From: Felis catus
Taxonomy: Eukaryota
Assembly (NCBI RefSeq): GCF_018350175.1
Contig: NC_058368.1
Coordinates: 178,314,001 to 178,378,000 of the forward strand
Length of the DNA stretch: 64,000 bases
Direction of reading: 5' to 3'
In this document: positions 25,785-36,990 of the stretch, one piece after another
Layout: every line of letters begins with the position of its first letter
Numbering within the stretch: the first letter of the stretch is position 1
Made by a program: the position numbers and the translations under genes
The notes under the pieces: model-generated
What the model saw: the letters and a program-made list of their open reading frames with translations, nothing else
Database searches by the model: none
Told to the model about the DNA's origin: nothing

Positions 25785-26667
25785 ACAGAAAGTCTCGGCA
25801 GGGATGTGGCAATGTTAGGACCCCTGTCCGTTGCTGGTGGGAACGCAGAGTGGTGCAGCCGCTGTGGGAAGCGTTGGCACTGCCTCAGTAAGTGAAACTC
25901 AGAGCCATGACTGGCAACTCCACTCTCAGGCACACACCCGAGAGAAGTGGAAACAGGTGCGCAGACAATAACGGGCACATGAACGTTCATAGCAGCACTA
26001 TGCGTGAGAGCTAAAAGGCGGAAAGATCCCAAGTGTCCATGAATCAATGAATGGATAAATGAAGGGATAAACTGTGGTCTGTCCATGTTACGGGATATTA
26101 CCTGCTGTAAAAAGGAATGGAACACTGATGAATGTATACTATGGATGACCTTCTGAAAAAAATTTTTTTAACATTTATTTATTTGAGAGAGAGAGAGAGA
26201 GAGAATGAGCAGGGGAGAGGCAGAGAGAGGGAGACACAGGATCCAAAGCGGGTCCAAGCTGTCAGCACAGAGCCAATGCGGGGCTCAAACTCACGAACTG
26301 TGAGATCGTGACCTGAGCTGAAGTTGGACACTTAACCGACTGATCCACCCAGGCGTCCCTACCACGGATGACTCTTGAAAACAGGTACCAAGTGAAAGGA
26401 GGGAGACACACAAGGCCACGTGTGGGATTATTCCACTAATGTGAAATACTGTAATAGGCAGCTCCACAAAGACAGAAAGCAGATGGTTGGTTGCCAGGGG
26501 CTCGGGGAAGGGTTGCTTCATGGGTACTGCGTTTCCATTTGGGGGTGATGACACAGTTTGGGAACTAGACTGTGGTGATAGTTGCACAACATTGCGAACA
26601 TACTTAATGTACACTTTAAAATGGTGAAAACAGCCATTATGCATATTTTGCCACAATAAAAAAAATA
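25785..26667 (+). mobile_element. L1MB-like LINE 3' end (ORF2 tail and 3'UTR), split by a Can-SINE
   Basis: gttgctggtgggaa..tggtgcagcc, gttcatagcagca, cccaagtgtccat, gaatggataaa, aaaaggaatg, gacagaaagcagat..gttgccagggg, ggtgatagttgcacaacattg, ending ccacaataaaaaaa. Confidence 0.85.
26163..26359 (-). mobile_element. Can-SINE inserted in L1MB
   Basis: Poly(T)/(GA)n/tRNA-like head ending ccacccaggcgtccc; degenerate TSD tactatggatgac (26137-26149) and taccacggatgac (26360-26372). Confidence 0.95.
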
Positions 26668-29600
26668 AAGATGGGTTGGGTCTATCTGGTTCTCCCCCTA
26701 TCTGCCACAGAAATTGTTAACTGAGAAATGACAAGAAAATAGAGAAATAGGAGCACAGGCTTGATAATCTTGAGGAAGAGTGGGGCCAGAAGGGCTAAAG
26801 GACCTGCTACAGTCATAAGGACGCAGGGATCGGGATGCGCAGAGACAAGATGGAGAAGAGGGGGCAGGCAGCTGGCGCCAGGGGCATGGCAGAACATCTG
26901 GAAAGACCCACGAGCTCCCACTGCTGAGGTGGTTCACCTCATTCTACAAGGGCAGAACTGAGGTTCAGAGAGGCGAGCCCACCCTATGCTGCCCACTGAC
27001 TCAGAGCTGAGAGTCAAACCCAGGTGGTTAACCTCTGTGCCACACTGCACCCCAGGTTGGGTTGACCTGCTGCCTGGGTCACTTCCTGAGCTGGAGAAGG
27101 GAGCCGGGGAGACTCAGTGGCCCAGAGAACTGGATCTGCTGGGGAGAGAGGCACTGCAGGCCGCCAGTGCAAATGGCCCTTTGTTTCTCTGCCAAGAGGC
27201 TGTTTGCAGAGACCTTCCTGGCCTCTGGGATATACGTGCACGCGTGCATTAGCTGGTCCTCTCCTGGGGGCCAAACCTGTCTTGATGCAGTTCTCAGTCA
27301 TTGCAGCTGGGTGACAGACTAAGTCAGGGAAGCGCAGATCTGGGATATGCCTGAGCCGCCCTGCGTCAAGGGCTCCCAAAGGTAGCTCCTGAAGGAGGGT
27401 CTCCAACTTCCATTAGGTACTGGAATGAGCAGAGAACATTATTTTTCTGTGGCTTACACTTCCTCGTGCTGGCTCCTCCTCCCTTCTTGGGGACAACACA
27501 GCCCACGTTTGCAAAAAGGCTTGCCATTCCCAACTGCCCTTTGGCATCTCTCCCTGCAGTGTGACATGAGCCACAGTGAAGGTCAAGATGGGCTCTGGGC
27601 CAAGGATCCTAATATCCTGCTCAGCTCAGTGTGGTGTCTGCAGTTTCCTTCTGCTGCTCTGCTCCAGAACCCCTCCACTGCTCTGTGTCCAATATGGTGC
27701 TGCCCCATGGACCTTTTAGGCAGGGCTACTGCGGCTCCGTTACACCCCACCCTATTTTTCCTAAAGGTCATGAATCAGTATGTTCCCTAATCTCATTCCA
27801 GCTGACTTTCCGTCACTGGCAACCAAAACAATCCTGATGGATAGGACCCGAGGAAATTTCCCTGAAAGCAGATGCATCCCAGCCCCCCAGCTCTAGCAAG
27901 TGGCGCCACCTGTTGATCACGTCAGACGCCTTCGAGGTCCCTACTGTCCATCATTCCCTCCTGGGCGGATTTGACTTCCTCCGGTCTCTTGAATTTGTCC
28001 TTTTGTCTCCTCCTTAGTTCAGGACCCATGAGTTCTTGCCTTTAGCAATGTCCCAATTGGCTGCCATACCCCCAGTCTCCTCCCTTCCACCTCTTGTTTC
28101 TCCCCCAGTCTACCCTCCAATAGTAAAAGTAAAGCCAGAGTGAGTGGTTTTCCTGAAACACAGATTTTGTGCCCTGTCCTCCCTGTCAATAACACCCATG
28201 GGCTGGGATACCAAAGTCCAGGTGCTTTTGCTTGGCATTCAGGACTCTGTCTGACCTGGGCTCCGTGTATCCTGCAGCCTCAGCAGGAGCCCTTTCCCTA
28301 CCACATGGAATTCCCAAGTATGCCAGGCTCTCTCCCTGCCCACCCTCACTCATGCTGGCTCCTCACTGGGAAACTCGCCGTCCCCCTGTGGCTAACTGGT
28401 CACCTCCATGAGCCCTGCCCTCACTTGCCCATATTTGTATCCCTTGCCCTCCCTGGGGCTCCTACCCAAATCGCCATGCATCTCCTATTGTGTCACATGT
28501 GTTGTGACCCTCTGTTCACTTGTCTGCCTCTGTGAGTTCTGTGCATCTAGAGATGGCATCTGTCTCGTCTGTCACTGTGCGCCTGGCTCCCAGCACAGGG
28601 CCTGCCACATAGTAGGGGGTCAATGTCGAATCAGTAAATAAGAGAAAATGGTCAATGCACCTGAGTTCAAGGCCCTCGACTACGAGGTAAGGAGAGTGGA
28701 AGCTTTTTCTTCTGCCCCTCCTTCCCTCCAAAGGTGGGATTTGGATCATCACGGCTCCTCTTTGCACCAATTCGGCTCAGCAGAACCTCTAGCGACACTT
28801 TGAATTCCTGTAAATTACTTCTCTGCTATGACTTGTAAGCGGGGTTGCCAAGCAACGGGAAGGGATTTGGTCCTTATCAAGGGGCCTCATCCACACATTA
28901 TCCACTTGAAAGATGTCCTGGAACAGGTCGGGGGCAGGCAGAACCCCACTCCCTCAGCCCTCCACCTGGCTGGGTACCCCAGCTACTGCGGGAGTCTCAC
29001 CTGGCCCTGAAAGGAGCTAGCCTTTCTCAGATGGGGACATCTGAGATATCTCTTGTTGAGATGCCATCTCGACTCGCTGACTCTGGGGGCAGAGAGGAGA
29101 GAGAGCTCACTAGCCGAGAGACCAGGTGCAGAACGCCGAGACTACGTGCGTTGGAATCAGGAAGCTTGGGGTTTGCAGCCCAGAACTGGCACTCAGTGAT
29201 GTGCCCCTGGGAGAGTCCTCCTCCCTGGGTCCGGTTTGCTCGTCAGATCCCTGTAAATATTAAGACCCAGCTGCCCGTGCTGGGGGCAGCTTAAATGGGA
29301 TAATATGGGAAAAGCCTGCTGCGGTGGCTGGCACTGAGAGGCAGCACAAGAATGGCTGCTGTGCTGGTCCTGGAGGGCTGACACTATCCTAGGTTCCTGG
29401 CAACCACAGCACTGGGTGGTCAGCCTCTAGCGAGAGCCCTTACTTGTGCTCTCCACTGAACGAGGGGGCCACCGGAGGGACGCTCAAGAGAAACCGAGGT
29501 CACTGTTGCAGCCCTTTGGCAACGTTTTGTCACCCCAGACATCGCAGCCCATGTGGCAGATGGTGGCTGCCCAGCCCTCCAAATTTCCCTCCAATCCTGA

Positions 29601-29742
29601 GGGCTTTTGCAGCTGCCATCTTCTAGCCTCTGCTAGAGCCAGGAAGTGAGCCAGGAGCCCCTCTCGGCATCCCAAACAGACAGTGATGAGACTGTTAGTG
29701 TCTCCCTTAGCACCAGGGCTTGGCTATGGGGTCTGAGTGCAG

Positions 29743-29787
29743 CCGTGCCAGGGCATGGGGACCCGTGCCAGGGCATGGGGACCCGTG
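29743..29787. repeat. Perfect 20-bp tandem duplication
   Basis: ccgtgccagggcatggggac x2 plus ccgtg. Confidence 0.95.
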
Positions 29788-31569
29788 ATAAGGATTTGTT
29801 GACAGGCTGGCCTTAAAAGCAAAGGACACCCAGGCTTTGTGCGGGATCTGATCTTAAACAGTCAGAGTTCTAGAACTTCAAGGCACCACAGAAATGTTCG
29901 CGTGTGGTGCAAGGTGAGCACCTGGGCTTCCAGGCACACACAGAGGTAGCCGCCTGCCTCATCTAAGTGGTGACAGTCCTGGGGGAGGTCATTTGACGCT
30001 GACCTCCGCGTGGTCCTCCCAGAGCCCGCTCAGTCGGCTGGCAGCTTCTGTCCCTTTACTGCCTGTGTCACTGCTCTCTCTACCAGGCTCAAGGCCCAGG
30101 TTGGATGCCAGACAGGCTCCACCTCTTCGAGGATATCTTCCCCCATATCTGAAAGCTGCACTGATGATCCCTTACATGCTGTGATGCCTCCTTTACAGTG
30201 CAAAGCACACGTTCCAACACCTTCTGCCCGTCTGAGCACAGGAGTCAGGGCCCGTCTGTCTTGGTCCACAGCACCCAGCCCAGGGCTGGGGACAGAGAGC
30301 AGGTGACTACTGGAATGTCATGATGGAATTTCTTCTTGCTTTGTCCACTGCTAATGTTCTTATTGTTTCTGCCCTTACTTGCCTCCTGATTTCATTCCAT
30401 TTCCTCCTTTCATCTCATGTGACTTTTTAAAACAACTTACATCCTGTTAGGATTAAGAACTCAGAGGATCCCTGCACAGACAAGCTGTCTTATCGTAAGA
30501 GAGGGTGTGCAGCTTGAGGGCAGGGCTGAGGCCAGCCTGATGTCCCATGGGGGGCTCTAATCCAGCTCCAGGCAAGGCCCCCCACCCTCAGCCTCCGTCT
30601 CCAGTTCTGTCTCCGGGGATGGCTGGCAGCTGACTGTGGTTCTGATCCATTGCTCCCATAATTACTTCCAAATGTTATTTTCATGAAGCCATATTCTCCT
30701 CCACAACGCTGTGACTCCCAGCTGTCCCCAACACGTGCCCCATCAGCTCCAAACCTGGAACTGGTGTATTTAAAAGGCACTGCTGCTCAGCCCACAGTCC
30801 TGGCGTAGGAACTGGTACAGGACTTCTCTGGAGACAGGGCACAGGAACAGACTTTTGTCGAACACCTACCTATAAGGTGTCTCAAACGTGGCAACGGCAG
30901 CCACGCTCTCTGCAATGATGTTGCAATGGCATTGGTACTGCATTTATAATCCTGTTTTAAAGTCTGAGGGCACACAACCTGCCAAGACCACACAGAGGGT
31001 CCATGGCAGAACTTAAGCCTATGCTAGGGCTATCTGGTCCCCAGTCTGTGCTCTATCCCTTGCCCACACCTCCTCCCAGAGATGCCACAGGTGACCTGGG
31101 ATCACCTCTTGAGAAAGGCAGATCTATAAAAGCAAGAGAGGCCCCTTCTTGTCCAGGCAGTTCGGTGCCCTCCCTCCATCCTCCCAGAGCCCTCTTTCCC
31201 TTGAATGCTTGTAGCTGGGAGTCTGACCCCGCAGTCTCACTCTGGGTTGGCCCAGGCCAGCCTCCCATGTGAGATTTCATGTCATTAAGTGCCATTGCCG
31301 AGCCCATGGCAGGCCTAATTCAACAAACACGCACTTACATAATGGAGGGAATACCGACTGAGTGCTCGCTGTGTGCTAGGCACAAAAGTCTGCTGAACTG
31401 AGCCCTAAGAGCAAGCCTGCTTGCTAGATGGGGAAACACACTCAAAGTGAGTGACTTGTCCAAGGTCACAGAGATGGTTAAGTGGTGAAGCTGGGATTCA
31501 GAACTAAGTCTGTCTGATTCCAGCCCAATTCTGAGGTGCGGTGTTTCCAAACATTGATTGGCCATCTGC

Positions 31570-31790
31570 TCACTGCATGCCAAGCACTGTGCTAATCAAT
31601 TTATATGAGCGATCTCAACGAATCAGCACAAGGACATTGCAGGTGCATCTATTTACTATTAAATCAAGTTCATAGAAGAGGAAACAGAGGCTCCAAACAG
31701 CTGGCTGACTTGCTCAGGGTCACATAGCTAACAAATGGCAGAATGGACATTTGAATCAGACCCTTTTGGTTCTAGAGCTTAAGCTCTAAC
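31570..31790 (-). mobile_element. MIR SINE
   Basis: atgccaagcactgtgcta...agaagaggaaacagaggctc...gacttgctcagggtcacatagctaacaaatggcaga. Confidence 0.7.
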
Positions 31791-32204
31791 CATTTGCTGT
31801 CCTGCCCCTGCAAATAGTACATTTCCACTGAACGCAAGACATCAAGCTGGGCGCTTGGGAGACAGCAACAAAGGAGACATGTTCTAGAAGAAGATGACAA
31901 GGAAATCCTCAGCTTCGAGGTGTTGGACTGGGGATGGGGGAGGTGGAGTGGGGACGGGCATGGGTGCACAGAGCTCAAAAATGGCTCCCAAGAGTAGGGG
32001 GACCTTACACTGGATCTTAAAGAACAAGTAGGACTTGGGAGAAAGAGTGGGAAGAAGGGCATTTGGGAGAGGGAACAGCCTGTGCAAAATACAGCATGAT
32101 GTACTCAGGGAAATGTAGGTCAATCCATGTGGCACTGGCCAAGAGTTCCAAGTGGTGAGCAAGTTAAGGTGAGGCTGGAGAGGCAGGCCAAGGCCATGCT
32201 GAAT

Positions 32205-32440
32205 AAAGTATGGGTTAAGAACAGCAGTGCAAGGACTAGTTAGCCCGAATTCAAGTCCGAGCTCTATCACTAACTAGCTGTGTGACCCTGAGAAAGTTAA
32301 TTGACCTCTCTGGGCTTCGGTTCCTTTATCTGGAGTGGTCACAATAGGGGAACCCACCCCACAGAGTTGTTTTTATAAAGATTAAATGAGCTGGTGCCTG
32401 TAATAGTGTCTGTCACACACACACTCAATAAATATTAGCT
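32205..32440 (+). mobile_element. MIR SINE
   Basis: ttcaagtccgagctctatcactaactagctgtgtgaccctgagaaagtta..tgacctctctgggcttcggttcc...aagattaaatgag...actcaataaatattagct. Confidence 0.8.
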
Positions 32441-34754
32441 CAGGATTGACGCGGATCTTGAGTACCAAGTTAAAGAGCCCTAGTTTTCTCCTGAAGGGTG
32501 TAGGTGGTGGAAAGTGAATGGTTTTAAAAGCAAGGAAGTGCTGTTCTATTTCCATTCAATAAGGACTCTTTGATTAAGCCCTCTGTCCTCATTCAAGTAA
32601 CTCAGGTCAGTGCTGGAGCAAGGAAGAAAAGAAGGAAAATATATTTAGGTTAAAATCATCATTTTGGCTTCCTGGGTTCTCTAGTCTCTTCTACTTTCCC
32701 ATTCACGGTGTTCTGACTTTTAGCTCCCTGCTCCCAGACCCATCATATGCTCATGTCCATCTCACAGTCCTGAGCATCATGGAATCTTGGGAGTGAAAGG
32801 GCACCTCTGCGCTTCCCTTGGCAACTGCCTCCTCCTCCACCTATAACCAGAAAGGCTCTGCTTGATTGCCTCTGGTGATGGGAGACTCATTTTCTGAGAT
32901 ACAGGGGCTGTAACTCTGAAGAACTGGGCAGTGGTAAGACATTATCTGCCCTGGTCTCATTTGAGAGGTCAGAAAACTAAGCACAGGCCACCACTACATG
33001 GCTCGAGGCTCGAAATTCCAGGGGCCAGGAAAGCCTGCTGGGCCGTGTCCGAATGAGAGGCACGGTGTGGTGTGACAACTTCTCTCTCTAGTGTAACCAT
33101 AATAGCTAGCATTTACTGAGCATTTACATTATGCCTGGGACTAGATGAGGTCATTTTAATGGCCGTTTCGGCCTTCACTCACAAACTGATGGCAAATTTT
33201 TAGAGGCAAAATTTGCTGGAGGAAGGAGTGAGTCCCTTCTGTCTGGCACGTGGTCTAGTGCTCTCCAAGCCTCTGGTTCTAAGAGAACATCAGTGGGCCT
33301 TGACCCTAAAGCAGCCATTTGGGTCTGTGTAGGCCTATAGGTCTAGAAACAGCCTTACTTATGGTCTGGGACCTCAGCCTTATGTTCCCTGTCCTGTCTT
33401 CCCCTCCCACCACCCTCTTCTACCGTGCACATGCGCAGGGAGGGGTACCGGAGGGGGCACATCGGATGTGCTTCGGGGCCTGTCTGCACTCTCAATATCT
33501 GGTTTCGATTTTGGCATCTGAAATGGCCCAAAGGCCCTCCCCCTGCACAGCCTCTGCTGACTTCTGTCCACTGGTCCCATGCAGAGCAGGACAGCCCCTG
33601 TTCTTGTGGAGGGCCCTTCAGAAGTGTGAAGGATCCCCTCAGGCACCTCCCAGGCCTCCCCTGTCTGTGCAAGACAGAGATCTCTTCTTCTGCAACCTCC
33701 CAAGCCTCCCCTTTCTCAACTGTGGGTGTCCCTGGAAACAGGCCCTGCCCCAGGCCTGAGTGTGTGCAGTTTGAGCCACATGAGCTCACTGGTTCCAAGG
33801 GCATGGGTGTTTGTACAAGGTTCCTAATGCTTAAATAACACCTCTGCCATTCGCTTGTAAGACTCGGAGTGTGTTCACCTCTCTTGCTCCTTTGATCCTT
33901 ACAAAACCCTGTGAGAGAGGCCAAGCAGGTATTACCGTCTCTATTCTAAACATAAGTATTATTGTCCCCATTTAACAGGTTAGAAACATAAGGCTCAGAG
34001 AAGGGACTTGCTTCCCGAGAGCTGGAGTGAGAAATCAAACCAGGTCTATCCGAATCTTGATTCTCTGCTTCTTCTAGTCATTGATTCTGTGGGTTTGCTT
34101 CTCTACTCACAGGACTAGGTCATGTGTCTGGGGTCACATGGCTGAAAAAACAGCAGTGATAGAATTTGAACCTGGAGGCCATACAGGTGTCTGGCGAAGG
34201 GCAGGTGTTCAACAAATGTGGATTCAGATGACCCCCCCCCCCTCCAGCACTCCCCTGGTTGATTGCCTCCTCTCTTGCCTGTTCCTGTGGGTCTGGGCTC
34301 CCTCTGGTCATGGAGCAGGCAGAGGAGGGCTGGAAATCTCTCCCCTTCTCCCAGCTTCCCTGGCTGCCAGAGAAGCAGGTGGTTTTCCCCTCATCTCCCA
34401 TTCAAAGGGTGTTGAGCTTGCAGAAGGCAGATGAATGAGCTGCTCAGCCAGGGAAGATTTTGTTGCTAAAATACACGGTCTGATTACGAGTGATTGAGGG
34501 GCTGGAGAGAGAGTGAAGTTGGCTGTGATTTGTTCTGATTTGAAGTAGTTCTAAACAAGTCACTGGGAGGCAGGATGGGGGCTGCAGAGTTCAGAGGCAC
34601 AGGGCTTGGCAATGATACATTTCCCGTGGACGCCAGGGCTGTTTCTGACAATTCCGGACAGGGTTTTCAAACAGTTTTTGAAATCAGATTCAGAGCATTT
34701 ATCTTGTCTCCTTTCCATGTGGCATGAAAGCTTCCCCATTTTGTCTTCCTCTCT

Positions 34755-34800
<46 letters not shown>

Positions 34801-34817
34801 TCATGTACACACACACA
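34755..34817. repeat. Compound (TC)n(AC)n microsatellite
   Basis: About (TC)13 followed by (AC)10 and a short further AC run. Confidence 0.95.
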
Positions 34818-36789
34818 TAATTTTACTTTTATTTCTCTGCAGCATCGGAAGTGAGCCACAAATTAAGTGGAGGCGGCTTGGGAAACTGCAACCAGCCTGG
34901 TGTGGAATAATGATGTTATCCGTGGCCCAAGACTCGTAGTGGCACTGCCTCCCGTGTCTGTCTGACAAGGAGAATCTGCTTGAGGGAATTCATCCTGTCA
35001 GGACTGAAGGCAGTAATTGGGGCCAGTGATTCATGACCCCTTTATGGGCTCATGAATACATTCATCTTCCAGATTTATCCCATTTCTAAAACCCATGATT
35101 GTCCATTCCAGCAGGAGGTGGGGTGGAGCCGGGTGTGTGGCGGGGGAGGGAAACGGGGGAGAGGCCTCTTCGCAAACGAAGATAAAGGAGGGACATGGGG
35201 CAGCTCCTCCGCGTGATGGGAAGTGGGGCTCAGTGGCGAGGTTTCGATTAGATGGTTTCGAGACGGCTGACTCAACCATGCAACAAGCCTGACAGCTCTT
35301 CTCTCACTAGGAGGAAAGGAGGAGAGTCAGGCCCCTCCATTTGTCCCTTCTGCCTTGGTTTAGTCAGAGGACTGCCAGAGCTGCGAGTGCCTGTCCTGCT
35401 CCCGTCCTTTAAACTGGACTGAGCCAGCCTCCCACCGCTGATGAGCGCTCTGGGGGCCAAATGCTTGTTCTGGGTGATGGCTCTGGACCTATCACAATGG
35501 AGACAAGAAAACCGGCAGTGACGAGTGAGGGCCACAGATGCCGGAGCCAAGGCAGCTGAGTCCAAACCCTGGCTCTTCCCTCCAGCGGTTGACACGTCGC
35601 TGAAGTTCTGTGTGCCTCATTTTCTCTGTAAAAGTCACCTACAGCCTGATCGTGTGGCAGAGGAGTGAATCTATATTACACACCGAGCATTGATTGCCTG
35701 GTCCACAGCAAGTGCACACTTAGTGTTGGCTAACACCATCCACTCTCCTTTGCTCGGCCTGCCTACTTCCCAGAAGCTCGGGCGTACATCCGCTTCCAGT
35801 TCAATTGGTTGGGGACCTTGGAGGTACCTTCCTTTGGTCTCCAGAATCCCCATTTCCTGCACACATTTGGCCTTGGTCACAGCTCCAGATCAGGCCCACC
35901 AGAATCCCGTGGACTAAGCAGGTCCCGAGCTGGAGGGGTGTGTAGGCAGCTTTGAAGCTGCTGTCCAGTACAACCTGTCTGCAGATGGCTGAGGCCCAGG
36001 GGAAGGAAGGTACTCGCCGGGGGTCACTAGCTGGCACCCTGGCACCCTGGCTCCTAGTCCAGTGCTCTCTCCCACATTCCATGCTGTTTCAGATGGTATT
36101 TTTTTGTGATGCCATTTCTTTTCTGCTTGACTGTGGCTCAGCCTGGAGTCCTGGTTTCCGCATAGCATCCTGCATGAGACCTCCAGAACATGTGAGTCTC
36201 TTAAGTGACACTGTAGTCTGTCATAGGTCTCTATGGCAGGACTTTCTCCCTTAGCTCTTGGTCTAAGAAGCAGCTATGAAAAATGTGATAGGATTTCCAT
36301 ATAGCGGCCGTGGCCTCACAGCCTGGGCGCATGGGCAGGCATGGCGCAGGGCAGCCGTGTTCGCAGAGAGAAATGTGCTGATTTACAAGTGGACACAGGA
36401 GCCTGCCTGTATACGGGTGGGGGTGGGGGATTCTAATCTTCTAGAGTAAACTGTTTGGATGACTGGCTCTTTCTTGAGTATATGAGAATAAACAGACCCT
36501 TTGCGTGCTGCTTCCTTTCTCTGCTTTCAGACCCCTGCTCTCAAAACCCTGTAGCTTCAGCAACAGCTTTTTGGGTCCCTGCATCTTACTGCTGAGAAGG
36601 CACCTCAAGCAGTTTGGTATTTGGAACCCCGACAACCCTGTTCGGAATGAACTTAGATGAGGTCTGCTACCCTACCACCCACCCAACCCCCTTAGCACAC
36701 TTCCCCGGACACATGCCTTCCTTGAGACTGGGGGAGAGGACTGCATGTCTCTTCCCGTGATGCAAACTCGAGCAATGTAAAGGGATGAC

Positions 36790-36990
36790 TGATAGACTGT
36801 AAAGAGCCTGGCTCTTTGGAGTCACAGACCTGGCTTCAAATCTAGACATTTGCTAACAGCGTGACCTTGGCAAGATTATCCTTGGTATCTAAGTCCCCGT
36901 CCCCCTCCTGTCAAATGGGATAAAAAGACTTATCTGGCAGAGTTCTCATGAAGACCAAATGAGCTAGCATAGGTGTTCAGTAGGTGCTAG
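36790..36990 (+). mobile_element. MIR SINE
   Basis: ggctctttggagtcacagacctggcttcaaatct...gtgaccttggcaagatta...ctgtcaaatgggataa. Confidence 0.75.

Noticed and set aside
33319..33924. Four overlapping ORFs of 107-189 aa
   Set aside because: Same GC-composition effect; no exon structure or homology recognised.
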